In this document: positions 1 through 8,764 of the stretch, one piece after another
Position numbering within the stretch: the stretch's first letter is position 1
Layout: each line of letters begins with the position of its first letter
From: a virus
DNA length: 64,000 nt
Virus record (IMG/VR): IMGVR_UViG_3300027608_000021
Coordinates: 19,150-83,149 of that record
Strand: one strand, 5' to 3'
Notes under the pieces: generated by a model
The model's database searches: none
What the model was told of the DNA's origin: nothing
The model's input: only the letters and a program-made list of their open reading frames with translations
Position numbers and translations under genes: made by a program

Positions 1-392
1 GATACAAGGCGGCTCTGCTTATATTAGCGAGGGCGGTCACAAACGAAAAAATTTTGCTTCGCAAAGTCAGGCTGCATTACCACGAAGACCAGTACTGCGC
101 GGACGCGGGGTTCGCCGAGGACTGGGACCACAAGATCACGCTATGCTCTGCCGACATTGATACGGCACTCCACGAGCTAGCCCACGTCGCCACGCACTCC
201 GAGCATTCGAAGCGTTGGGCAAAGTTGCTATTCCGACTGCACAAGAAGTACATGTCACCAATCCAGTGCCAACGCTGGGACTTGCGGGTTGCCCGCGACT
301 ACCCCACCGCAGCACGGTACTATAAGCGGCGCTACAAGCGGGAACCAAGCCCGTTTACCAAGCGCCAGAAACAAGAGACACCAGATGTCTGA
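1..392 (+). CDS. HEXXH zinc-metalloprotease-like small protein (5'-truncated by window start)
   Basis: LHELAH motif followed by H..W; full-length homologue at 55239-55709. Confidence 0.55.
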   Translation, partial: YKAALLILARAVTNEKILLRKVRLHYHEDQYCADAGFAEDWDHKITLCSADIDTALHELAHVATHSEHSKRWAKLLFRLHKKYMSPIQCQRWDLRVARDYPTAARYYKRRYKREPSPFTKRQKQETPDV

Positions 393-942
393 TGAGACGA
401 TCGTTTCAAAAACCCAGGGTCAGCTCCGTCGTGGGCGACCATCTGGGGCACGAAATAAGCCAAAGCTTGATACCCACCAGCTCAACGAGCTGAAGGACAA
501 GATTGGCAGGTTCCTCCCGCAGGCAGACTGGAACTACCTCGCAGGCGTGCTCGAGGGTACGGATAAGCCAATTCTTGAAAAAGATTTGGACATCTTCCTA
601 ACCCTCCAGCTTAAAGCCCTCTTGCCACAACTGGCGCAAGAGATTGAGGGTGGACAGCTGACAAAGGAGGCGACACAGCGCTCGAGCACCATCAAAGAAC
701 TTCTCGCGTTGCGATTCCAAATGGAAAAGCATGAGAAGGGCGAAGATACGCCGAATGCCGTGACGTTTATACAAAATGTCTTTGAATCCCGTGGAATTGA
801 TCAAGCCCGTCTCGCAACTCTCGCAGGAGGATTTGGCGGGTCTATTGAAGGTATCTCCCGCCCTGTACCTAGAACTGCTGACGCAGACGAAGGGACAGCC
901 GACGATACTGGAACCCTACCAAGTGAACTTCCTGAACGATAG
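385..942 (+). CDS. Putative terminase small subunit
   Basis: Directly upstream of TerL; N-terminal GRPSGARNK motif; ATG at 385 matches the copy-2 start at 55702. Confidence 0.65.
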   Translation: MSDETIVSKTQGQLRRGRPSGARNKPKLDTHQLNELKDKIGRFLPQADWNYLAGVLEGTDKPILEKDLDIFLTLQLKALLPQLAQEIEGGQLTKEATQRSSTIKELLALRFQMEKHEKGEDTPNAVTFIQNVFESRGIDQARLATLAGGFGGSIEGISRPVPRTADADEGTADDTGTLPSELPER

Positions 943-2197
943 GAGTAAATTCCGACTCGTTGCTAAGTCACGACAGATTGGCTTCTCCTACATCATTTCT
1001 GGAGAAGGACTTCATAACATCTCTACCTCTGCTGGCAAGAAGGTCAACTACGTTTCCATCAATCAGAAGGAAGCGTCGGACAAGATCAGCTACGCCAAGC
1101 AGTTCTACTACTCTATCCCAGAGCAGTCTGGATTCAGGGCTCCCGTCTACACGTCGGCAGAGTTTGAGTTCAGCCTGCACAACCACCCTAATACTTCATA
1201 CATGATTAGCCAGCCCGCATCTGCTGCGGTCCGTGGTGGCGAGAAAGATGTCTACTTCGATGAGTTCGCGTTTATTCGTGATGCTCGCAAGTTGTACGAC
1301 GCTGCCATCCCTGCGACCACACGAGGCAATGGGCGACTGACCGTTGTATCTACACCTCTCGGACAAAGCGGTCTCTTCTTTGAGATGGCGAACGATCGGT
1401 CTCGCTACCCAGAATACTCAGTGCACATTGTGCCCTGGTGGGAATGCTCTATCATGTCCATCGATCCGTCCGAGAGTACGGCGCTTGCGCCAGACTTCGA
1501 TACCGACCAGCGCGTTAAGCGTTGGGGCACGGAATCGATTAAGTCAATTTACAATAACATGGGTCTCGACGCGTTCCAGCAGGAGTACGAGTGCTCCTTC
1601 GCGGATGAGTCGGTCAACTTTTACCCATGGGGTTTGATTGTTAACTGTGTAGACGACGAACTAAATCAGAAGGATTACGATCCTGCCCTCAACTACGTCA
1701 TAGGCATTGACATTGCTAAGAAGATTGACAAGACCGTAGTAACGGTTGCAACTGTCGATGAAGATACTGGCAACATTACAATCCACAAGACATTTGAGAC
1801 ACAGGATGATTATAGCAAACAAGTTGAATTCTTTAACAAGCTTATTGCAGACATTAAGCCTAACCGAGTTACCGTTGATGCTACTGGCGTTGGCGGTGTT
1901 ATTGCGGAACAGCTAGTCCAAAAGCATGGTGGGATCATTGAGGCTGTGACCTTTACGAACTCCAACAAAGAACGCTGGGCAACCACGTTCAAAGGTGACA
2001 TGCAGATGGGCAAGATCCGTTTTCCACGGAAGCGAGAACTTCTTGCAGAGATCCACGCGATTGAGCGCAAGAAGACTGAGGCTGGGAACTACCAGTTTAA
2101 GGCACGCTCTGATGCGCACGACGACTATTTCTGGTCGGCGATGCTCGCAATCTACGGCATGGGTCGCAAGGCTCCTGCTATCAACTTCGCATGGTAA
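776..2197 (+). CDS. terL: Terminase large subunit (true start uncertain, see findings)
   Basis: Walker A-like KSRQIGFS, Walker B YFDEFAF, motif III VSTPLG, nuclease GIDIA and HDDYFWS. Confidence 0.95.
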   Translation: MSLNPVELIKPVSQLSQEDLAGLLKVSPALYLELLTQTKGQPTILEPYQVNFLNDRSKFRLVAKSRQIGFSYIISGEGLHNISTSAGKKVNYVSINQKEASDKISYAKQFYYSIPEQSGFRAPVYTSAEFEFSLHNHPNTSYMISQPASAAVRGGEKDVYFDEFAFIRDARKLYDAAIPATTRGNGRLTVVSTPLGQSGLFFEMANDRSRYPEYSVHIVPWWECSIMSIDPSESTALAPDFDTDQRVKRWGTESIKSIYNNMGLDAFQQEYECSFADESVNFYPWGLIVNCVDDELNQKDYDPALNYVIGIDIAKKIDKTVVTVATVDEDTGNITIHKTFETQDDYSKQVEFFNKLIADIKPNRVTVDATGVGGVIAEQLVQKHGGIIEAVTFTNSNKERWATTFKGDMQMGKIRFPRKRELLAEIHAIERKKTEAGNYQFKARSDAHDDYFWSAMLAIYGMGRKAPAINFAW

Positions 2198-2221
2198 TTA
2201 GTCATAGGAATAACATCCCAT

Positions 2222-2285
2222 GACGGGCTGCTACTAAGCATTGCAAAGATGCAGGGTAACGGTCGAGCGCGTGGCTCCCCCCGTC
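2222..2285 (+). ncRNA. Candidate cis-regulatory multibranch RNA structure between terL and the Com-like gene
   Basis: GACGGG/CCCGTC closing stem encloses three hairpins. Copy 2 (57513-57579) keeps the stems with compensatory changes. Confidence 0.5.
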
Positions 2286-2314
2286 CTCATCCCTAATAGA
2301 ACAGAAGGTGCAAG

Positions 2315-2524
2315 ATGCCGAATTCGGTGAAGTGCGCGCACTGCGGCTCACTCTTCGGTATCGAAGGTGAGGACGGAGTACTGCGGATTAAGTTTAAGGA
2401 TCTCTATCGAGAGATTGAAGGTCGAGTCAGCGGTCCATGTCGCAAGTGTGCAATGACTGTTGTATGGCCCAATGAAGATGTAATCCTCATTGCAAAGAAG
2501 ACGAAGGAGGAAAGCCGTGGCTAA
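2315..2524 (+). CDS. Small zinc-ribbon protein (Mu Com-like)
   Basis: CAHC...CRKC pairs, 69 aa, AGAAGG RBS, near-identical in copy 2. Confidence 0.6.
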   Translation: MPNSVKCAHCGSLFGIEGEDGVLRIKFKDLYREIEGRVSGPCRKCAMTVVWPNEDVILIAKKTKEESRG

Positions 2525-3812
2525 CATCGAGCGAATCCCCGTAACTCGTTCAACAACTCCACCTCGCATTGAGGGGAGCCAAAGCCGTGAGACACCATTT
2601 AAGTCTCACTCAACGTACACGCGAATGTACAAGCAGCACCCAATTGTCCGTGCTGTTATTGACAAGATTTCGCGTACTGCAGTAGCAACTGGCTATCAAC
2701 TTGTTTCAGTTGATTCAGCTGAAGATCTTAATGATGCTAATGCAAAGAAAATTGATCTGACTTTCCGTCGGTCAAAAATCATTTCTCTGCTTCGCCAGAC
2801 CTACCAAGATCTTTTGATCTATGGTGATGCGTTCTGGTATATCCTCCCAGCGCGTGATGGCGTTCCTTTTCGATTCTATCGAATTGCGCCACAGCAAGTT
2901 AACTTGGTTATTGATACTGAAACTCGTGAAGTAACAAGCTACATTACTCGTGATCCAAAGAATGGACGCGAAGTTCAGTACAATCCAGACGAGTTCTTGC
3001 ACTTTAAGATCGCCGACCCTGACAACGACTTTTATGGGCTAAGCCCACTTGAGTCTCTTGGTTCAACGGTTGCGCAGGATCTATTTGCGCAAACCTACAA
3101 CGAAGCGTTCTTTGCCAACTCAGCCCAGACAGGCATTGTCTTCAATATGAAGAATGCCTCGAAGGAAGAAGTTGAGCGCAACCGAGAGTTCCTTAAGAAG
3201 GAATACACGTCTGCTGCAAATGCACATAAACCGCTCTTGCTTGAAGGCGACGTAGAAGTCAGCAAGTCCGTTTCTTCTCCTGCAGAGATGCAGTTTATTG
3301 AAGGACGACGACAGTTGACTATGGAGATCCTTGCGGTCTTTGATCTGCCGTACACCAAGCTCGGCGGAAGCTCTGAAAGCGCTAACCGATCCCAGAGCTC
3401 TGAAAACGATAAGACGTATCGTACTGAGACAATTCAACCGTTGCAATCAATTGTTGAAGAGATCATTAACGAGAACCTGCTACTCACAACCTTTGGTATT
3501 GACGACGTGCTTTTTGAGCACAAGGAAGTTGATACTCGAGACGAAGAGACGCAGATGAAGTTGTATATTGATGGAATGACACACGGGATCTACGATCTCA
3601 ACTACATCCGAAACCTTATTGGCGTTGCGCCAACTGAGGGCGGAGACGTTGCATTCTTCCAGACTTCGACTGGCTTGGTTCCAGTTTCTGAGGCGCTTGC
3701 TCCACGAGCAACCACACCTCAGGTAACAGAACAGCCTGGAGAAATATCAGCTCCACTTGATACAAACAATCCGACCCCTGCAATTGGAGGCACAGATGGA
3801 GAACCAGCCTGA
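2517..3812 (+). CDS. Portal protein (HK97-type)
   Basis: LLIYGDAF, LHFK...FYGLSPL, AVFDLP motifs; GTG start after GGAGG. Confidence 0.93.
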   Translation: MANIERIPVTRSTTPPRIEGSQSRETPFKSHSTYTRMYKQHPIVRAVIDKISRTAVATGYQLVSVDSAEDLNDANAKKIDLTFRRSKIISLLRQTYQDLLIYGDAFWYILPARDGVPFRFYRIAPQQVNLVIDTETREVTSYITRDPKNGREVQYNPDEFLHFKIADPDNDFYGLSPLESLGSTVAQDLFAQTYNEAFFANSAQTGIVFNMKNASKEEVERNREFLKKEYTSAANAHKPLLLEGDVEVSKSVSSPAEMQFIEGRRQLTMEILAVFDLPYTKLGGSSESANRSQSSENDKTYRTETIQPLQSIVEEIINENLLLTTFGIDDVLFEHKEVDTRDEETQMKLYIDGMTHGIYDLNYIRNLIGVAPTEGGDVAFFQTSTGLVPVSEALAPRATTPQVTEQPGEISAPLDTNNPTPAIGGTDGEPA

Positions 3813-5625
3813 CCTCCAGCGAGCAGATTCCTACAGTCCTCCAGAGGGCGTTCGTGCAGCTGCAAGGCGTGCATTGAAGTGGATCGAAGAGGGTAAGGCT
3901 GGAGACGGCTTTACTGACGTAGGTCGAAAGCGCGCAGCTGATCTTGCTCGAGGGGCTTCAATGTCACTTGAGACGATCAACCGAATGAAATCGTTCTTTG
4001 CTCGTCATGAAGTTGACAAGAAGGCTACTGGTTTCAGCTCAGGTGAAGAGGGTTATCCCTCACCAGGTCGAGTGGCTTGGGATGCTTGGGGTGGAGATCC
4101 TGGAAAGTCTTGGGCAAATAGTATTGCTACAGAGAAATCTGAAGGCAATGAAGAGCGCGCAATTCTTGGTGAGGTAACAGAGGGCAGTTTTGTCAGCTGG
4201 AACTCACCTACTGGTGTTGCAAACGGTCGCGTAGAGCACGTAATGCCTAACGGCGTTTACGGTTTGCCAGATTCTAACTTTGCACTTCAGGCTACGCCAG
4301 AAGATCCAGCATTGGGCATAAGAATTTATGTACCAGCTGGTGGAGGCTGGGTTGAGACTGAAGCAATGATCGGAAAGAAACTTTCCGAAGTCACAAAGAT
4401 CTCGCCGCTCTACACACCTAGGCAACGATCTGAGGAGCAAATAATGACAACTAACAGCTGGAAGATCACTATCCCAGTCGATCGTGCCGAAGAGCAGGAT
4501 GGCGGGCTGTTCCTCTATGGACAGGCATCAGGTCCCGAGCGAGATTCTCATGGGACTGAGATGGACCCCACTGCGATTCAGGACTTCGCGGATCAGATTG
4601 TATCTCGCGTATCTGATAGTGATCCACTACCTTACTTAGACCATCACATGAAAGATGGTGTCCTCCGCGAACTTGGAGAAGTTGTGGATGGATCTGTTTC
4701 TAGCGACTATAGGTTGAACATCAAAGTTCGCCTACACCCAGATAACCCTGCAGCGGCGTATCTACATAGCCGAATTAAGCAAGGTAAAAAGTATGGGATG
4801 TCGATCGCTGGAGATGGTGTCCAGTACCGCATGATTGATGACCCCTCCTCTGGAGAAAAGGTTATCCGATTCCTCAAGATTAAGTTGAAGGAAATTAGTA
4901 ACACGACGCGCCCCTCGTGGGTACCGTCGTTCGGCACTGTACTCGCTCGCTCTATTGAGGGCGAGGAGATTGGAGAAAATATGGCAGAAGAGCTCGTTAA
5001 GAGCGACGCAACCGAAGTGGTTGATAACGTCGTAGCAAATGAGTCTGCGGAACCCGTTGCCGCTCAGGTGACCGAGCAGACCGAAACCCCCGTCGTTGAC
5101 GTACCTGTTGCTGACGCTGCACCTGCAGCTGAAGTGGCTCCCGCTGTGGAGGCTGCGCCTGTTGAGGCTGCTGCTCCCGATGAGGAGAACGGTGAAGTCG
5201 AGCGTGCACGTATCGCCAAGCGCGATGCGCAAAAGCTCGTCGATGCGTTCAATGCGCTAAAGGGGCATCTCGAGACGCTCGGGGTATTTGAGCCCGACGC
5301 ACCGCAGACTGCAGAAGAGGCACCAGTCGCTAAGACTGAAGATGCTACTGCAGATGAGAATGTGGACTTTAATGGAGTTTCGGTTCGCCGCGACCTCGTT
5401 GAGGCTATTACCGCCTTTGTCACCTCTAAGGTTGACGAGAGCACGGCAGTCCTCCGCGAGACAGTCGAGAAGCAGGCTGAATACATCAAGAAGCTCGAAG
5501 AGCTTCCTGCTGGCAAGTTGCCTGCTGCCGTTGTCCGCGAAAAGTTTGAGACTGGACTTCCAGACCTCGGCTCAATGAGCAATGAGGATAAGTTGAAGTA
5601 CGCTCTCGGTAATATCTACAAGTAA
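3796..5625 (+). CDS. Prohead protease fused to extra N-terminal domains and a C-terminal acidic scaffold-like region
   Basis: HK97-protease-like LYGQAS..RDSHG, YLDHH, GMSIAG, LKEIS; Ala/Glu/Pro-rich tail then coiled coil; lies between portal and capsid. Confidence 0.8.
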   Translation: MENQPDLQRADSYSPPEGVRAAARRALKWIEEGKAGDGFTDVGRKRAADLARGASMSLETINRMKSFFARHEVDKKATGFSSGEEGYPSPGRVAWDAWGGDPGKSWANSIATEKSEGNEERAILGEVTEGSFVSWNSPTGVANGRVEHVMPNGVYGLPDSNFALQATPEDPALGIRIYVPAGGGWVETEAMIGKKLSEVTKISPLYTPRQRSEEQIMTTNSWKITIPVDRAEEQDGGLFLYGQASGPERDSHGTEMDPTAIQDFADQIVSRVSDSDPLPYLDHHMKDGVLRELGEVVDGSVSSDYRLNIKVRLHPDNPAAAYLHSRIKQGKKYGMSIAGDGVQYRMIDDPSSGEKVIRFLKIKLKEISNTTRPSWVPSFGTVLARSIEGEEIGENMAEELVKSDATEVVDNVVANESAEPVAAQVTEQTETPVVDVPVADAAPAAEVAPAVEAAPVEAAAPDEENGEVERARIAKRDAQKLVDAFNALKGHLETLGVFEPDAPQTAEEAPVAKTEDATADENVDFNGVSVRRDLVEAITAFVTSKVDESTAVLRETVEKQAEYIKKLEELPAGKLPAAVVREKFETGLPDLGSMSNEDKLKYALGNIYK

Positions 5626-5646
5626 TAATAATTAAGGAGACTTTCA

Positions 5647-6522
5647 ATGGCTGACATTGAGCGAGCTCTTAGCACGTCCGTCGCATCTACTGGTGCATAC
5701 CTCCTCCCAGAGGTAGTCGATCCAGTAATCCGCGATTACGTTGCCAAGGCTACACCTGTTCTTAGCGTTGTAACGCGTGTAAACTGGCCTACACAGACCT
5801 ATTACATCCGCAAGCGAAGCGGGCTTCCTACGGCTGCATTCAGCACCGATGGTGGTTCACTTCCAAGCGCTTCAAGCTCGACCTACGCTAAGGTCGCAAA
5901 GACCGTCAAGTACCTGTACACCCGTGGAGAAGTCACTGGTCCGCTTATTGCGGCTGCTGGTGGTGTTGTCAACGCGTTGCAGGAAGAGATTCGCGTCCAC
6001 TCGGGCGTGATTGCTGAGCGACTCGCTACGGCGATTTGCACAGGCGACGGAACCGAAGATACCAACTCTGGTATCATCGGCATCAAGCATCAGATCAATA
6101 CTTCGACCCCTGGCGATGAGGGTGGTACGACGGACGCTTCGGCTGCCGCTCTCACCCTTGCCATGTTGGACAAGGCTCTTGACGACACGAAGGGCGAGGC
6201 TGACGTTATCATGACGAGCCGCGCAGTTCGACGCAAGATCAGTGCCCTTCTTCAGGGTCAGCAGCGCTTCCTCGACCGAGTTGAGGTTGGCGCTGGCTTC
6301 CGCGTTCTTTCGTACGACGGCGTGCCGATCGTTACGGATGACCACTACGAGGAGAACGAGATTCTCGTCTTCCGACGTGCTGACGCGAAGCTTATCGTGA
6401 ACCAGGACTTCACGATGGAAATGCTTGCTAAGACCAAGGACGCTGAAGACTTCTACATCAAGGGGTACTTCGGTTTCGCTCTTGAGGGTCGCCCTGTGCG
6501 CCTCAAGAACTTCACGATCTAA
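5647..6522 (+). CDS. Major capsid protein (HK97 fold)
   Basis: 291 aa, strong AAGGAG RBS, GAYLLPE N-terminus, AICTGDG and YDGVPIV motifs, synteny. Confidence 0.9.
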   Translation: MADIERALSTSVASTGAYLLPEVVDPVIRDYVAKATPVLSVVTRVNWPTQTYYIRKRSGLPTAAFSTDGGSLPSASSSTYAKVAKTVKYLYTRGEVTGPLIAAAGGVVNALQEEIRVHSGVIAERLATAICTGDGTEDTNSGIIGIKHQINTSTPGDEGGTTDASAAALTLAMLDKALDDTKGEADVIMTSRAVRRKISALLQGQQRFLDRVEVGAGFRVLSYDGVPIVTDDHYEENEILVFRRADAKLIVNQDFTMEMLAKTKDAEDFYIKGYFGFALEGRPVRLKNFTI

Positions 6523-6547
6523 TTTTTTAGCGTGAACTAGGTGATGC

Positions 6548-6575
6548 TAGGGGGGTGGAGAAATCCATCCCCCTA
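6548..6575 (+). terminator. GC-rich stem-loop after the capsid gene (no U-tract; stabiliser or attenuator)
   Basis: TAGGGGGGTGGA-GAAA-TCCATCCCCCTA, identical in copy 2. Confidence 0.5.
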
Positions 6576-6598
6576 CCACACCACACAGAAGGAGGCAC

Positions 6599-6838
6599 AT
6601 GATGCCAAAGGCTAAGAAAGCTAGTATTGAGTTTATTACAGAAGATCTCGACAAGAGTCCAGCACAGGACCGAGAAGGTTTCATCAAGATGCTTTCACCA
6701 GAAAACTGGGAAAAAGTAAATTGCCTTGAAACGTTCTATGACGGAGAGGTCGAAGTAGTAGATGGGGTCGCCTACATTCCAGCTGAAAATACCCATTGGG
6801 TTAATCGGATGCGAATGAATGGGTATGAAGTAGCATGA
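6599..6838 (+). CDS. Hypothetical protein (head module)
   Basis: AGGAGG RBS; conserved in copy 2; ATGA-type overlap with the next gene. Confidence 0.75.
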   Translation: MMPKAKKASIEFITEDLDKSPAQDREGFIKMLSPENWEKVNCLETFYDGEVEVVDGVAYIPAENTHWVNRMRMNGYEVA

Positions 6839-8016
6839 AGATCCTCATGATCGGTGATTCACCGTTTGTTAAAACTGGTTTTGGAATCGTCAACTCAGTC
6901 GCTGTAGAGCACTTGAAGTCTGTCGGTCATCAGCTGGTGGTCATTGGAGGTCAAGATACGCAGAAGCGTGATCTTGGAAAAGGACATCACTACTATCCAA
7001 TTGAGTCAATTCAAAAAGACGCAATCGGATGGAAGAACGTTTCAATCACGCTGAAGAAGCACAAGATTGATGCGGTACATATCATCGCAGATCCAGCAAC
7101 AGTAGTTATGTGGCTACTCCGCAGGGATCTAATCAAGCTCCCGATTACGGTATACATGCCGATTGAAGGTGCTCCGATGAACTACAACTGGGTTCAGGTG
7201 CTTCAACAGACACCGAACTTGAAGATTATTACTTGCTCTCAATATGGCGTGGATGAACTCAAGCGAAATGGACTTGATTCAACAATGGCATATCATGGAG
7301 TATCAGATGACTTCTATCAGTATGAGCCAGAACACCGACGCTTCCTTCGGGAGTCCGTTGGTTGGGACGACAAGTTTGTCGTTATGAATGTTGCTCAAAA
7401 TGTTGAGCGTAAGCAGTGGCCTCGGCTATTCGAGGCGATTAAGATTGTAGCTTATAAGCACCCGCAAGTGGTGCTCTACGCGCACACCGTGCCGTTTGAT
7501 AACTACCATCTTGGTGGACACGATCTCCCTCAGCTTGCTCACCAACTCGAAATTGTGGATAACGTGCTCTTCTCTGGAAAGCACGCAAAGCACAATGACG
7601 CAGTTGCACTTACTTCCCATAACTATCCTGGTCTTGTTGATCTCTACAACATGGCTGACTGCTTTGTCCTGCCTTCGCAGGTGGAGGGATTTGGTCTCCC
7701 ACTTGTTGAGGCAATGGCATGTGGTCTCCCTGTTGCACACACAAACTACGGCGCTGGAGCTGAAGTTGTTGGTGAAGCTGGAGTACTGATCGAGCCGCAC
7801 GACTGGGTAGTCAATAAGAGTCACAGCCGATACGCGAATCTCAGCCCAGAGTCAATTGCGGCAGAGATTGAAAAAATGTTCGTAAGCCCTTCGTTGCGAG
7901 AGCAGCTTCGAGCCAAAGGAACACAGCGTGCAAAGCAGTTCTCATGGGAAGGCTACCGAACAGCGTTGTGGAGGGCATTTAATGGCGAAGTTAAGACCCT
8001 TTCTAAAAACAACTAA
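6835..8016 (+). CDS. GT-B fold family 4 glycosyltransferase
   Basis: MKILMIGDSP...TGFG N-terminus; NVAQNVERK; FVLPSQVEGFGLPLVEAMACGLPV signature. Confidence 0.93.
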   Translation: MKILMIGDSPFVKTGFGIVNSVAVEHLKSVGHQLVVIGGQDTQKRDLGKGHHYYPIESIQKDAIGWKNVSITLKKHKIDAVHIIADPATVVMWLLRRDLIKLPITVYMPIEGAPMNYNWVQVLQQTPNLKIITCSQYGVDELKRNGLDSTMAYHGVSDDFYQYEPEHRRFLRESVGWDDKFVVMNVAQNVERKQWPRLFEAIKIVAYKHPQVVLYAHTVPFDNYHLGGHDLPQLAHQLEIVDNVLFSGKHAKHNDAVALTSHNYPGLVDLYNMADCFVLPSQVEGFGLPLVEAMACGLPVAHTNYGAGAEVVGEAGVLIEPHDWVVNKSHSRYANLSPESIAAEIEKMFVSPSLREQLRAKGTQRAKQFSWEGYRTALWRAFNGEVKTLSKNN

Positions 8017-8188
8017 TAGGCGAAGACTTACTCGTAAGTTTGCCATTAACAAAAAGTTCTCTATCTCACCAAGGCGAAGGATTGCCTTCAAGCGACGAAG
8101 ACTGCGTTTGATTACTATAGCGCGACTTGCCGCTGCAAAGATGATTCCTGCTTCGTTTCGTAACAAGAAAAAGAGAAAAGTAAACTAA
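7982..8188 (+). CDS. Very basic Arg/Lys-rich small protein
   Basis: GGAGGG RBS before ATG 7982; 68 aa with no Asp/Glu; FKRRRLRLIT conserved in copy 2. Confidence 0.7.
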   Translation: MAKLRPFLKTTNRRRLTRKFAINKKFSISPRRRIAFKRRRLRLITIARLAAAKMIPASFRNKKKRKVN

Positions 8189-8197
8189 GGAGGCACA

Positions 8198-8764
8198 ATG
8201 GCGAGGAAGTACATTACCGCTACAGAGTTCAAAGATAAGCCTCTAGGTATTGCTCTTCGCCAGTACTCCAGTGATCAGCTAGACTCTTTGATTGAAATTG
8301 CAACCGAACAGGTTGAAACATTCTGCGAACGAGTATTTGAACAGGCAACGTACACAGAGACGTTCGTTGGCGATGGGTCTTCGACCTACTTGACGCTTCA
8401 GTACCCGTTGAGCTCAGTGACTTCAATCTCTGAAACAACGATTGCAACTACCCCAGTTACAACGACAATTACCCCTAGCACACTAGTTCGGACAACAGAG
8501 TCAGATAAGTTTGGTAAAGTTCTTCTTGGACCTGCCAGTGAAACAACCTTGTTCTCTCCAACGTCCAAGTACACTATTGTGTATACGGCTGGGTATGCCA
8601 CACTTCCGCCCGCTATTAAGCATGCCACTGCGCTCTTTATGAGCGAGTTGGTAAAGCCTGACTATGGTGGAGCTCAAGATACCACGCCAGAGATCATCCC
8701 TCTCAGCAGCCAACAGATTGCCGACTTGCTCAGCATCTACCGCCGCCGAAGGATTGGTGTTTAA
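8198..8764 (+). CDS. Head-to-tail adaptor / neck protein
   Basis: ATEQVETFCERVF, YTAGYATLPPAIKHA, LLSIYRR motifs typical of gp6/gp15-like connectors. Confidence 0.8.
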   Translation: MARKYITATEFKDKPLGIALRQYSSDQLDSLIEIATEQVETFCERVFEQATYTETFVGDGSSTYLTLQYPLSSVTSISETTIATTPVTTTITPSTLVRTTESDKFGKVLLGPASETTLFSPTSKYTIVYTAGYATLPPAIKHATALFMSELVKPDYGGAQDTTPEIIPLSSQQIADLLSIYRRRRIGV

